Assembly: GCA_049320885.1 (NCBI GenBank)
Contig: JBMORA010000065.1
Location: forward strand, 1 to 35,618
Length of the DNA: 35,618 nt
Source of the DNA: Thermodesulfobacteriota bacterium
GTDB lineage: Bacteria > Desulfobacterota > Desulfobacteria > Desulfobacterales > SURF-7
Direction of reading: 5' to 3'
Shown in pieces: positions 1 through 9,283 of this stretch (its first letter is position 1; the number at the start of each line of letters is the position of its first letter). The notes beneath the pieces were generated by a model. It searched no databases and was not told where the DNA came from. It worked only from the letters and a program-made list of their open reading frames with translations. Position numbers and translations under genes: made by a program.

Positions 1-28
1 TTTCCGTTTGGACGATCAACGGGCGATG

Positions 29-2086
29 TCAGGGATTCACCCGGCTGGTGTCCCCTGAGCCCAGGGCAGCCGAGCCGTAGACGCTGTCGGCTATGAAGCT
101 TTCCAGGCCGCCGGCGGCGGCTGGAGCGGTCAGGTAATCCAACAGGGCCTGCCATTCCTTTACTTCCTGGATACCCGCCGCCGGATCACCATCGAGACGG
201 AAATCCAGGAGATTGTCCACCGTTACCGGGACCGTGCCGTCGGCATTGACCGGTATGACGGGAATGCCGAGACCGGTCATCAACATTTGCATGGCATCGC
301 TTTGCATCAGCAGCAGGATATACAGATCCAGCACACACGGATACAAGGTCGCGGCGTCGCTGCGGTCGATGACCGTCGGCGTGTTCCGGCACTGTCCGTC
401 CGTCGGGGCATACCCGTTGACCGCAATGACCTGGTAGCCGCCCGGCAAACCGCCATGGGTGAATTGAATCCCGGAAAGTCCCAGGTAATATTCCGGATTC
501 AAATTGGACAAGGCGCCATAAAGGGCCTGCTGCTGGGGCGAACCAGCGGCCAGGAAGCCCATGAAATTGCTGTCCTGGGAAGCGATGACATAGGAAATGA
601 ACTGGCAGAGATTCCAGACCGAATCCCCGTTCAGATACACCAGCATCAGGGGATACCCCGGCAGATCCTGCTGGGTCGGATCCAATGTCATGCCCAGGGG
701 CAGCACGCTGTAGATATCCGCGAAGCTGATGGACTGACCGGGATCGAACCCGTTCCGGATATTGCCGTTGGCGATGACGCCGATGGTGGGGCCGGTCACC
801 AGGCCTGCGGCCACATACCCTCTCAGGGTGCCGCGCAGGCTGTCCGCCACCAGATTGGCCATGCCGGATTCCGCCGCCATTTGCGGTATGGCCAGGTTGC
901 CGGAATCCGTTCCGGCCAGCACCCGGTTGACGGTCAGGCCCGGAGACAGGGCGCCCAGGGCCGCATTCAGTTCCCGGTCATAGGAATCGACCAGATAATT
1001 CATGGACGGATCCCCGGGGATACTGTCGTTGATGGCGTGATTGGTCAGCTGGACGGCGGTGACGCCGGTCCCGACGGTCAGGTCGATATCCAGCTGGGCC
1101 AGGTTCTTTCCATAGTGCCCGGCGCAGATGATGCGGGTGTTGCCCACCGTAACGACGCTGTCGGTCTGCTGGTGTTCATGCCCGGAGGCGATGATGTCGA
1201 TGCCGCTGACGGCACCGGCCAGCGCGATATCGTCACCGGAGGGCGTGCCGCCGGGTTCCAGAATCCCGGAATGGGACAGAGCCACGATGAGATGGGCGCC
1301 CTGGCTATTGCGCAGATCGTCCACCTGATTCTGGATCACCGCCGCCGTATGATCAAAGGTCACCGGCGGGGCGGCCGGGGCGTAAAAATCCGCCGTGGGT
1401 CCCAGCAGGCCGATGACTCCGATCCTGACGCCGTTGGCGAGGGTGATCAAGCGGGTGGTGCAGATGGCGCCGGCAGCCTGGAGGGCTTCCAGCCCGTCGT
1501 CGGTGGTACCTGCAACGCCGTCGGTGATCATGTTGGTGGCCACGATGGGCACGCTGAAATTCTGGCTGGTTCTGGCGTTCTGAAGCAACAGGGCCAGACC
1601 GGCCGGGCTCCAGTCGAATTCGTGGTTGCCCAAGGTGATGACATCGTATTGCATCTGTTGAAAGAATTGAAATGCCGCCGGACTCGCGGCGGTCAGGTCA
1701 TAGACGGTGCCCATGAGGAAGTCGCCGGAATCCACCAGCAGAACGGCGGAACCCTGATCCGGCCGGTCTTTCTGAAGGCGGATCTGGCCGATCTTATGGC
1801 TCAGGCGGGCATAGCCCCCTTCCGTCAAATCCGTATTCCCGGCACTCCCCGGAAGACCCGAATTATCCAGGCTGTCCCCCGGGCTGTAGGTGGCCGAAGC
1901 TCCGGATCCCGCGGCCCGGTGGTGCATGTCCGTTGTCTGGATCAGGGTCACCTGAACCCGATCCCCGGCCTCCAGGGTCGGAATCGTCCGGGCGGCGGGC
2001 GGATCGTTCTCGGGGGAATCGGTGCAGCCCAGCACCAGAACCAGCAGCAGCGTGCTCCATATGGTCAACAGGCGGTATTTTTTCAT
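29..2086 (-). CDS. Bifunctional metallophosphatase/5'-nucleotidase family lipoprotein
   Basis: Lipobox LVLG-C. Calcineurin-like metal motifs DMH, DSGD, GNHEFD, LSH and GHEH. 5'-NT C-terminal-like region (ANLVAD...NGNIR). GGAGG RBS. Confidence 0.85.
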   Translation of the reverse strand: MKKYRLLTIWSTLLLVLVLGCTDSPENDPPAARTIPTLEAGDRVQVTLIQTTDMHHRAAGSGASATYSPGDSLDNSGLPGSAGNTDLTEGGYARLSHKIGQIRLQKDRPDQGSAVLLVDSGDFLMGTVYDLTAASPAAFQFFQQMQYDVITLGNHEFDWSPAGLALLLQNARTSQNFSVPIVATNMITDGVAGTTDDGLEALQAAGAICTTRLITLANGVRIGVIGLLGPTADFYAPAAPPVTFDHTAAVIQNQVDDLRNSQGAHLIVALSHSGILEPGGTPSGDDIALAGAVSGIDIIASGHEHQQTDSVVTVGNTRIICAGHYGKNLAQLDIDLTVGTGVTAVQLTNHAINDSIPGDPSMNYLVDSYDRELNAALGALSPGLTVNRVLAGTDSGNLAIPQMAAESGMANLVADSLRGTLRGYVAAGLVTGPTIGVIANGNIRNGFDPGQSISFADIYSVLPLGMTLDPTQQDLPGYPLMLVYLNGDSVWNLCQFISYVIASQDSNFMGFLAAGSPQQQALYGALSNLNPEYYLGLSGIQFTHGGLPGGYQVIAVNGYAPTDGQCRNTPTVIDRSDAATLYPCVLDLYILLLMQSDAMQMLMTGLGIPVIPVNADGTVPVTVDNLLDFRLDGDPAAGIQEVKEWQALLDYLTAPAAAGGLESFIADSVYGSAALGSGDTSRVNP

Positions 2087-2137
2087 GGCACCTCCATCAT
2101 CACGGTTGATTATTGCCGGTGAAACAAACCCGGCCGG

Positions 2138-3457
2138 TCAGAAAGCCGCATCGATTCCGATGGCCAGGGTGAGGGTCGAATTATGGGTGTCCACCTGGAC
2201 ATCCCCCAAACCGTTTTCAGCCGCCAGGGAATAGGCAATGGTTTCGTCTTCCCACAGGGTGTAGGCCGCCCCCAGATTCAGTTTCAGCCCCTTCCGGATT
2301 TCATAGGCGCAGCCGATGCCCAGGTTCCAGTTGTCGGAATACAGCGTTTCAAAGGCCCCCGGGGTTTGATAGTAGCCATGGATGTCATCCCATTCGAATT
2401 TGGTAAACAGGGCGCCGGTGCTGAGCTGCAGTTTTTCGGTCAGCTGGTAGGCCAGACCGGCACCGAGACCCCAGCAATCCCCGGCCATATCCGCGACGCT
2501 TTCACCATCGTCGGTATATCCCCAGTTGGCCTGCTGTTGCAGATAATAGGTGAAATCGACCTCGCCAGTCAGTTTGGGGGTCATCTGATAGGCGGCCCCC
2601 ACGCCGAAGGCGCCCGGGAAGTCCCGCCGGTTCCGGTCTTTATACTCCGCCAGCCCCAGCTCCTGCGGAAAGTCATTGCAATTGACTTCCGTTTCGAAGG
2701 TCAGGGGCACGCTGGATTCATAGCGCATGCCGATATTGAGCTTTTCAACCGGCTGGATATTCAGCCCGAAAATGCCGCCGAACCCGCTGGCGGTGTCTTC
2801 GGTATCCAGCCGGTATTCATGACTGCCCCCCAGTGCGTCGGTGAACACCGCGCCGGCTTCGGTCTCATTTCTGGCGCTGATGTAACGGATGCCCACGGCC
2901 ACGGAGATCTTGTCGCTGACGGCATAGGCGCCGCCGATGGTGGAGGTGAGATAGAGGGAAGAGGCCTCCAGGCTGTCATTGGAAAACCCGGTCAAACGCC
3001 CCCCGGAATTAAGCAGGGTCATGGAACCGATGAATTTGGTGTTCACCGAGCCGTTGGGATAATCGGCCACCGCGCCGCCCCCGGGGATGTAGATGCCGCC
3101 GAAGATGGCCCAGTTGTCCTTTTTATAAGCCGCGTAAAAATTGGGCAGCAGCCAGTCGACCCCGTCCTGGACCGATTCCTGGTAGGTGTCGGCGCCCGGC
3201 AACCCCAGATTGTAGGAATGGTTGGGTCGCCGGAACAGGCTCTGGTTGGAGAGGTTCAGGTGCAACCCGTCGGTCATTTGGGTCAATCCCGCCGGGTTGT
3301 AGTATACGATGTCGGTGGAATCCGTGGCGGCGTTGCGGGTGGGAAGACGGATCCACTCCGCGCTGAGATTGGACAACTGATCGATCTGGGCGGACAGATC
3401 GGCAGCCGGGAAACACACGACCGCCCATAAACCCAGGCACCACATCCATTTTTTCAT
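2138..3457 (-). CDS. FadL/OmpP1/TodX-family outer-membrane hydrophobic-compound transporter
   Basis: Signal peptide, YYNPAGL motif typical of the FadL hatch region, beta-strand pattern, C-terminal Phe, AGGAGG RBS. Confidence 0.8.
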   Translation of the reverse strand: MKKWMWCLGLWAVVCFPAADLSAQIDQLSNLSAEWIRLPTRNAATDSTDIVYYNPAGLTQMTDGLHLNLSNQSLFRRPNHSYNLGLPGADTYQESVQDGVDWLLPNFYAAYKKDNWAIFGGIYIPGGGAVADYPNGSVNTKFIGSMTLLNSGGRLTGFSNDSLEASSLYLTSTIGGAYAVSDKISVAVGIRYISARNETEAGAVFTDALGGSHEYRLDTEDTASGFGGIFGLNIQPVEKLNIGMRYESSVPLTFETEVNCNDFPQELGLAEYKDRNRRDFPGAFGVGAAYQMTPKLTGEVDFTYYLQQQANWGYTDDGESVADMAGDCWGLGAGLAYQLTEKLQLSTGALFTKFEWDDIHGYYQTPGAFETLYSDNWNLGIGCAYEIRKGLKLNLGAAYTLWEDETIAYSLAAENGLGDVQVDTHNSTLTLAIGIDAAF

Positions 3458-3525
3458 TCAGCACCTCCTGATGGAAGAACGATTGAAGGTCGGCCGGGCG
3501 CCCACGGCGAATCGGGGTCTCCCGC

Positions 3526-3549
3526 AAATAAGTGAGTACTCACTCATTT
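3526..3549. promoter_or_regulatory. Palindromic TetR-type operator (FadR/YsiA-box-like)
   Basis: aaat-a-AGTGAGTACTCACT-c-attt, with a perfect 14-bp core at 3531-3544. It lies just downstream of a minus-strand TTGACG (3569-3574) in the divergent intergenic region. Confidence 0.7.
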
Positions 3550-3697
3550 AGCCCTCCAGGACTCTTGCCGTCAACACTTTTTTCAACATCCCGGCAACGG
3601 ATTGGATTGCCGACGCCTCCCCGATCTGGTATTTATCCCGATACCGGGAACAAACCGTAATGAAATACAGCCGTCCCATGGCGGCCATGGAGGTAGG

Positions 3698-4861
3698 ATG
3701 CCCCTCAACCCAACCGCTGTCCGGCAAGGAAAACAAGACGGCCGGCCCGTCATCGGCTGCTTCCCCCTCTATCCGCCGCTGGAACTCTTCCACAGCCTCG
3801 GACTGGCGCCGGTGATCCTGTGGGATTTGAAATCCGGGATGCACGGGACCCGGGAAAGCGATCGCCACCTGCAGACCTACGCCTGTTCCGTGGCCCGTTA
3901 CCTGGTCCAATGGCTGCTGGCCGGTGACGGCCCTCCCTGCGACGCCCTTTTCCTGTACAACGCCTGCGACACCCTGCGGAATCTGCCGGAGATCATCAGC
4001 ACCGGCCTGCTGGAAAAGGGAAAGTCCATCCCGATCCTCCGCCTGCATATACCCGCAACGAATCTGGCGTCCGCCGGTTCCGCCCTCTATTTTCAACAAC
4101 GCATCGCCACCCTGATCCAGGAACTCCAAGAACGGTTTTCCGTCCGGTTTTCAGCCGCGGCGTTTCGGGAAAGCATCCGAAAATACGGGGAACTCCGGCA
4201 GCGTCATCGCCGGATCGCAACAGGCGTCGCCCGGGGCCGGATCGATTTCGACACCTTTGCCCAATTGTGCTGCAGCGGTCGCCACCTTCCGGATGACGAC
4301 CATCTGGAACGCCTGGATGGGCTCCTGCGCTCCCTGGAAACAGCGTCCCCGGCGGACGTGGGCGCAACCGGCGAACCAAGGGTCATGCTGAGCGGCATTC
4401 TGCCGCCCGCCGGGGCCCTGACCCGCCGCATGGAAAAGGCGGGACTCCGGATTGTCGCCGATGACATCGCCGCCCTGGGCCGCGCCCATGCTTCCCAGCC
4501 GGAACCGACGGACGATCCGGCCGCCTATTACCGGGAACTGGTTTCCCGTCATATCTCCTGTCCGACGCTCCTGCCTGCCGCCGACAGACGGATTCCGCGG
4601 TTGCTGGCGGAAATTCATTCCCGGTCCGTTGAAGGGCTCATCTGGATCGGGGAAAAATATTGCGAATACGAATATTTTGAAATCCCCTGGTTGGAAAAGC
4701 GCCTCAAGGAAATCGGCGTCCCGCTGTTGCAGCTGGAATGCGGCTTGGACGACAGGGACAACATCGGTCCGCTGGAGACCCGTATCGACGCCTTTGCCGA
4801 GCTGTTGCGGCAACGCAGAACCTATGCCAGACCACAGGAGGAATCATGGCGGCTTTCGTGA
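3698..4861 (+). CDS. 2-hydroxyacyl-CoA dehydratase family subunit (HgdB/FldC/BcrC-like)
   Basis: GCFPLYPPLEL, ACS, NACDTLR and EKYCEYE Cys motifs; C-terminal TRIDAF. Start moved to ATG 3698 after GGAGGT. Confidence 0.85.
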   Translation: MPLNPTAVRQGKQDGRPVIGCFPLYPPLELFHSLGLAPVILWDLKSGMHGTRESDRHLQTYACSVARYLVQWLLAGDGPPCDALFLYNACDTLRNLPEIISTGLLEKGKSIPILRLHIPATNLASAGSALYFQQRIATLIQELQERFSVRFSAAAFRESIRKYGELRQRHRRIATGVARGRIDFDTFAQLCCSGRHLPDDDHLERLDGLLRSLETASPADVGATGEPRVMLSGILPPAGALTRRMEKAGLRIVADDIAALGRAHASQPEPTDDPAAYYRELVSRHISCPTLLPAADRRIPRLLAEIHSRSVEGLIWIGEKYCEYEYFEIPWLEKRLKEIGVPLLQLECGLDDRDNIGPLETRIDAFAELLRQRRTYARPQEESWRLS

Positions 4862-6093
4862 AAACCGAATCCGGTAAACGCCTGACGGACCTCATGACCC
4901 GCAATTATTTCACGAATGCCGTGAAAGCCCAGGAAGGCGCCTTCGTGGTGTGGATCGCCATCGTCGTGCCGGCGGAAATACTGCTGGGCTTCGACAAGGT
5001 CGTTTACGCCGTTCCCGAAAGTTTCGCCGCCATGACCGCGGCAAGGGGGTATGGTCCCGCTCAGTCCGAAAAAGCGGAAAAAATGGGCTACTCCATGGAT
5101 CTCTGCTCCTATGCCAGAATCGACATGGGCGGCGCCCTGGACGATCAACCCGATTCCCCGGCCGGCCGTCTGCCCAGGCCGCATCTGCTGGTTTCCAACA
5201 ACAACAACTGCTCCCTCCTGGCCAAATGGTTTGACGTCTATCACCGGGAATGGGATATCCCCCATTTCATCCTGGACGTGCCTTTCTGTTATGAACGACA
5301 GTCGCCGGATGACCGGAACTATATCTTGCTGCAATTCAGAAGCCTCATCCGGGCCATCGAGGAGCTTTCCGGGCAGCGCTTCGACCTGGACAGGGTCCGG
5401 GAAGCCGTGGGATATTCCAGTGAAGCCGGCCGGCATTGGAAGCAGTTCCTGAAGTGCGCCGAACACCGTCCCTCGGGGATTACGGCCTTTGACTCTTTTG
5501 TGCAGATGGCGCCGACCCTGACCATGCGGGGCACGCCGGAGCTGACGGAACACTACCGACTGTTGGCCGATGAAACCGAAGACCGGGTGCGCCGGGGTGT
5601 CTATCCGGTTCCGGACGAACACTACCGGCTGCTGTGGGACAACATCGCCCCCTGGCACCAACTCCGGAAAATGCAGCAGCGTCTGGCCGACGCGAAAGCC
5701 AATATCGTTACGGCTTCCTATACCTATTGCCTGGGGTGTCTGGAGGGTGACTATGCGCCCACTTTTTTCGATCCGAACGGCGACCCCCTGGAATATCTTG
5801 CCCGCATCCAGAACTTCTCCGTCTGTCCCCAGGGCATGCAGCTGCGGCGCACGGCCATGACCGAGGCAATCCGAAGGGTTCAGATCGACGGAGTGGTGTT
5901 CGCCAGCAACCGCAGCTGCAAACCTTACTCCCTGATGCAGATGGATCAATTGAGAGCCGTCAGCCGGGACACCGGAATCCCGGCGGTCATGGTGGATGTG
6001 GATCATGCGGATGTGAGGAGCTACAACGAAAGCAGCGTTTTTTTACGAATAGAAGCCCTGCTGGAGAGAATTGACGCCATGCGGGGGCATTAG
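4846..6093 (+). CDS. 2-hydroxyacyl-CoA dehydratase family subunit (HgdA/FldB/BcrB-like)
   Basis: PES, DLCSYAR, NNNC and NRSCKP motifs; C-terminal RIEALLE. AGGAGG RBS before ATG 4846; overlaps the upstream gene. Confidence 0.85.
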   Translation: MAAFVKTESGKRLTDLMTRNYFTNAVKAQEGAFVVWIAIVVPAEILLGFDKVVYAVPESFAAMTAARGYGPAQSEKAEKMGYSMDLCSYARIDMGGALDDQPDSPAGRLPRPHLLVSNNNNCSLLAKWFDVYHREWDIPHFILDVPFCYERQSPDDRNYILLQFRSLIRAIEELSGQRFDLDRVREAVGYSSEAGRHWKQFLKCAEHRPSGITAFDSFVQMAPTLTMRGTPELTEHYRLLADETEDRVRRGVYPVPDEHYRLLWDNIAPWHQLRKMQQRLADAKANIVTASYTYCLGCLEGDYAPTFFDPNGDPLEYLARIQNFSVCPQGMQLRRTAMTEAIRRVQIDGVVFASNRSCKPYSLMQMDQLRAVSRDTGIPAVMVDVDHADVRSYNESSVFLRIEALLERIDAMRGH

Positions 6094-6103
6094 AGAATGA
6101 CTG

Positions 6104-9100
6104 CTACCGGTTTTTGTCCAGTGTTTCCCGAACCACCCTGGCCAAATCCGCCAAGCGGATGGGTTTGTTCATGACCTGCACCTGCCCCATTTCCTCCAGG
6201 TGATTGCCGCCCAGTCTTCTGCCGAAACCGGTGCAAAGGACGGCGGGAAATCCCGGTCTGATTTTCCGGATTTCGGTAATCAGGAGTTCACCGTTCATAT
6301 GCGGCATGGTCAAATCGGTAATCAGCAGATCGAATCGATCCGGGTCCGCCCGGAAGGCCTCAAACGCCGCCAGGGGATCGATGTGGGTTTCCACGGAATA
6401 ACCCAGGGCCTCCAGCATATCCTTGCCGATATCCACCAGAAAATGTTCATCGTCCACGAACAGGACATGCTCGCTCCCGGTGGGCACAGCCTCCGGTTCG
6501 GACGCCCCGGCGTCCACCTCGGCTTGAATCACCGGGAAAAAGACTTCAAAAAGCGTCCCCCGCCCCGACTCGCTGGCCACGGTGATCATGCCGCCATGGG
6601 CCTTGACGATGCCGTGAACCATCGCAAGCCCCATACCGGTGCCGTCCCCCACATTCTTGGTGGTGAAATAGGGTTCGAAAATCCGCTCCATGGTGGCCTT
6701 GTCCATGCCGCAGCCCGTGTCGCTTACCGATAGTTTGAGATACCGGCCGGCAACACCCTCGTTGACCACTTCCTCCGCCGTCAGGGAGACTTCCAGAATT
6801 CCGCCTTTTTCCTGCATGGCATGGGCCGCATTGGTGCACAGATTCATCAGCACCTGATGGATCTGGGTCTGGTCGGCAACCACGATTCCCTGGTTGGATG
6901 CTATATACTGGCGGATTTCGATGGTGGCCGGCAGGGTCGCCCGCAGCAGTTTCAGCGCCTCCTTGATGATGATACTGATATCGCATGGTATTTTTTGAGA
7001 TCTTTCCTGGCGGCTGAACAGCAGGATCTGTTGAACCAGGCTCTTGGCCCGTTGGCTGGCGGAATGGATATGATCTAGATACTGGACGATTTTGGGGTTC
7101 TCCGCCGTGTAGCGCTGGGCCAATTGGGCGTACCCGAAAATAGCGCTGAGAATGTTGTTGAAATCATGGGCAATGCCGCCTGCCAGGGTGCCGATGGCTT
7201 CCATTTTCTGGGCCTGACGCAGCTCGGCCTCCAATTTTTCCTTTTCCTGCTTCATGCGCAGTCGGTCGCTGATGTCCCGGGCAATGCCTTGGGTGCCGAT
7301 GAAGATTTCTCTGCCGGCGGCATCGCGTTGATACAAGCCTTCGGCGGTAATGGCGAATTGGGGCGGGGCCTGATGAGGCGCCTTTGGCAGGAAACGGATT
7401 TCCAGATGTTTCGTTTTCTGTTTTCCGGTTTTCCGCTCATTGATCCGTGAGGCCGCGGCCTCCCGATCATCCGGATGGACCAGTTCCATGATACTGCTGC
7501 CGATCAGGTCCTCCGGCGCATATCCATAGGCGATCACCGCTTCGCTGATGAATTCAATGCGCCCCTCGGGGTCCAGACGATAAACGATGTCGGGAATGGA
7601 TTTCAGGATCGTGTTCAGCTTTTCCTCCGATTCCCGGAGCTCTCGTTCGGCCTGCTTCTGATCCGTGATGTCCGGGAAAACCACAATCCCGGCAATGATC
7701 TTGCCCACGGCGTTGGTGATCGGCGCGGCATTGGCCAGCACCCAGCGCTTGGAACCGTCGGGTCGCTGGAGGATGATCTCCATGTTGCGCAAGGTTCTTC
7801 CGTGAAGGACAGCCTGGGTCAACGGCAGTTCTTCCGGCTTGAGAGGAGTTCCGTCGGGATGATAGACAACCCAGCGGTCGGGATGCAATTCGACGGGGAT
7901 GTCGGTAAGCGCCTGGGAGGAGCCTTGGCGGATCCCCAAGGCAGCGGAATTGGCGATCCGGATTTTGACATCCGGCGCATCGGCGACGATGATGCCGGCC
8001 GGTGAATGCTCGATGGCGGTAAGCATCAGGGACTGAATTTTGGCCAGCTCCTCTTCCACCTTCTTGCGCGGACTGATGTCCCGGATGGCGGCAAGAATGC
8101 ATTCCCGCCCGCCGATCCGGGATGCGGTCAGGGAGATTTCACTCCAGAACAACTCACCGTTCTTTCGTCTGGAAAGCCATTCAAACAACTGGGGGCCCTC
8201 GGTCATGGTCTTCCGCAACCACTCCCTGGCGAACTCCTGGGTATAAGGCGGTTTGCCGTAGCTGAAATCGCCGGCCGCCATGCCGAAGGCCTCTTCGTAT
8301 TCACAACCGAACATCAGCAGCAAGGAGCGGTTCACATCGATGATGGTTCTGCTTTTCGGGTCGTAGATAATGATGGCATCGTTGGTCCCGTTGAATATCT
8401 CCTGATAGCTCTGCTGCGTCATCTTGAGAGCCTCGGCGGCCTCCTCGCGCTCCCGGACCTCTTGTTCCAGACGTTTATTGACCTCGGTCAGGTTCGTTTC
8501 GCGCTTCTCGATCTCCCGGGCCATTTCGTTGAAATCGTTGATAATGCTCTGGAGTTCGATCTGCCGTACGGGGGTGGTTTCCGCGTGATAGTCGCCCCGG
8601 CCGATGCGTTCGATTCGTTTGATCAATTGTTCCAATGGGTTGCGCAGGAAAATCCGCAACAGAATTCCGGTGGCGGTCACCATGACCAGTATGATGACGA
8701 AAAAGGAGGTAACGCTGATCCACATCAAGCGATGATTCTGCTCCTCGTAGGCCTTGGGACTCATGCCAATGAAGAGATTGCCGATATGGAAGCGTTCATA
8801 ATAAATTTTTTCATGCCTTTTGACCACGGCCGGACCGACATTTTTCTGTCCCTCGAAAAAAATCATGCCATGGGGATCCGAGACCCGCAACTCGGTGACC
8901 AGCTCGTTTTCCAGAATGACCGAGCAAATCCGGTTGATGCTGTTTTCGTCCACATTCCAGACCGGCAATTCCAGACTGTTCTGGAGATACATGACGAGCT
9001 GTTCGGTTTTCTGCCGCCAGATACTTTCGGAGTTCTGTTTCAGGAAAGCGTAGATCATGGCAATGATCACCAGGGAAACCAGGCTGATCACAATCGCCAG

Positions 9101-9148
9101 GCTCACGGCCAGATCGCTGTATATGGTGGTTTTAGCTCGTTTAATCAT
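6104..9148 (-). CDS. Membrane-bound multi-PAS hybrid sensor histidine kinase/response regulator
   Basis: Two TM segments, HAMP, three PAS/PAC regions, H-box [11 protein letters not shown] box NLCTNA, G boxes DTGCGM and GTGMGL, receiver FVDDE...TDLTMP...KP. Confidence 0.92.
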   Translation of the reverse strand: MIKRAKTTIYSDLAVSLAIVISLVSLVIIAMIYAFLKQNSESIWRQKTEQLVMYLQNSLELPVWNVDENSINRICSVILENELVTELRVSDPHGMIFFEGQKNVGPAVVKRHEKIYYERFHIGNLFIGMSPKAYEEQNHRLMWISVTSFFVIILVMVTATGILLRIFLRNPLEQLIKRIERIGRGDYHAETTPVRQIELQSIINDFNEMAREIEKRETNLTEVNKRLEQEVREREEAAEALKMTQQSYQEIFNGTNDAIIIYDPKSRTIIDVNRSLLLMFGCEYEEAFGMAAGDFSYGKPPYTQEFAREWLRKTMTEGPQLFEWLSRRKNGELFWSEISLTASRIGGRECILAAIRDISPRKKVEEELAKIQSLMLTAIEHSPAGIIVADAPDVKIRIANSAALGIRQGSSQALTDIPVELHPDRWVVYHPDGTPLKPEELPLTQAVLHGRTLRNMEIILQRPDGSKRWVLANAAPITNAVGKIIAGIVVFPDITDQKQAERELRESEEKLNTILKSIPDIVYRLDPEGRIEFISEAVIAYGYAPEDLIGSSIMELVHPDDREAAASRINERKTGKQKTKHLEIRFLPKAPHQAPPQFAITAEGLYQRDAAGREIFIGTQGIARDISDRLRMKQEKEKLEAELRQAQKMEAIGTLAGGIAHDFNNILSAIFGYAQLAQRYTAENPKIVQYLDHIHSASQRAKSLVQQILLFSRQERSQKIPCDISIIIKEALKLLRATLPATIEIRQYIASNQGIVVADQTQIHQVLMNLCTNAAHAMQEKGGILEVSLTAEEVVNEGVAGRYLKLSVSDTGCGMDKATMERIFEPYFTTKNVGDGTGMGLAMVHGIVKAHGGMITVASESGRGTLFEVFFPVIQAEVDAGASEPEAVPTGSEHVLFVDDEHFLVDIGKDMLEALGYSVETHIDPLAAFEAFRADPDRFDLLITDLTMPHMNGELLITEIRKIRPGFPAVLCTGFGRRLGGNHLEEMGQVQVMNKPIRLADLARVVRETLDKNR

Positions 9149-9218
9149 TCAGTTCGACAGGCGGAAAAAGAATCGATGCGTCAGGATAAGATAGCCACGG
9201 ATTGTCCACGGTGGATTC

Positions 9219-9247
9219 AGTATAATTCAAAACAGTTTCGAGGGCAA
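9219..9247 (-). promoter_or_regulatory. Sigma70-type promoter for the hybrid kinase
   Basis: Minus strand TTGCCC-17 bp-TATACT, 70 bp upstream of the ATG. Confidence 0.6.
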
Positions 9248-9283
9248 GAAAATCATCGCCCCGGGCCGCCCCGGACCTTGGAG

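Noticed and set aside
287..2122. Long antisense ORFs (for example 287-2122, 2183-3430, 8006-9640, 12092-13921, 18242-19438, 29775-31019)
   Set aside because: They mirror well-supported genes on the opposite strand, have no recognisable motifs and are expected from GC3-rich codon usage.
3607..3635. TTGCCG-17 bp-TATTTA as the dehydratase promoter
   Set aside because: Plausible, but the -10 lacks the conserved final T and is too weak to list as a feature.
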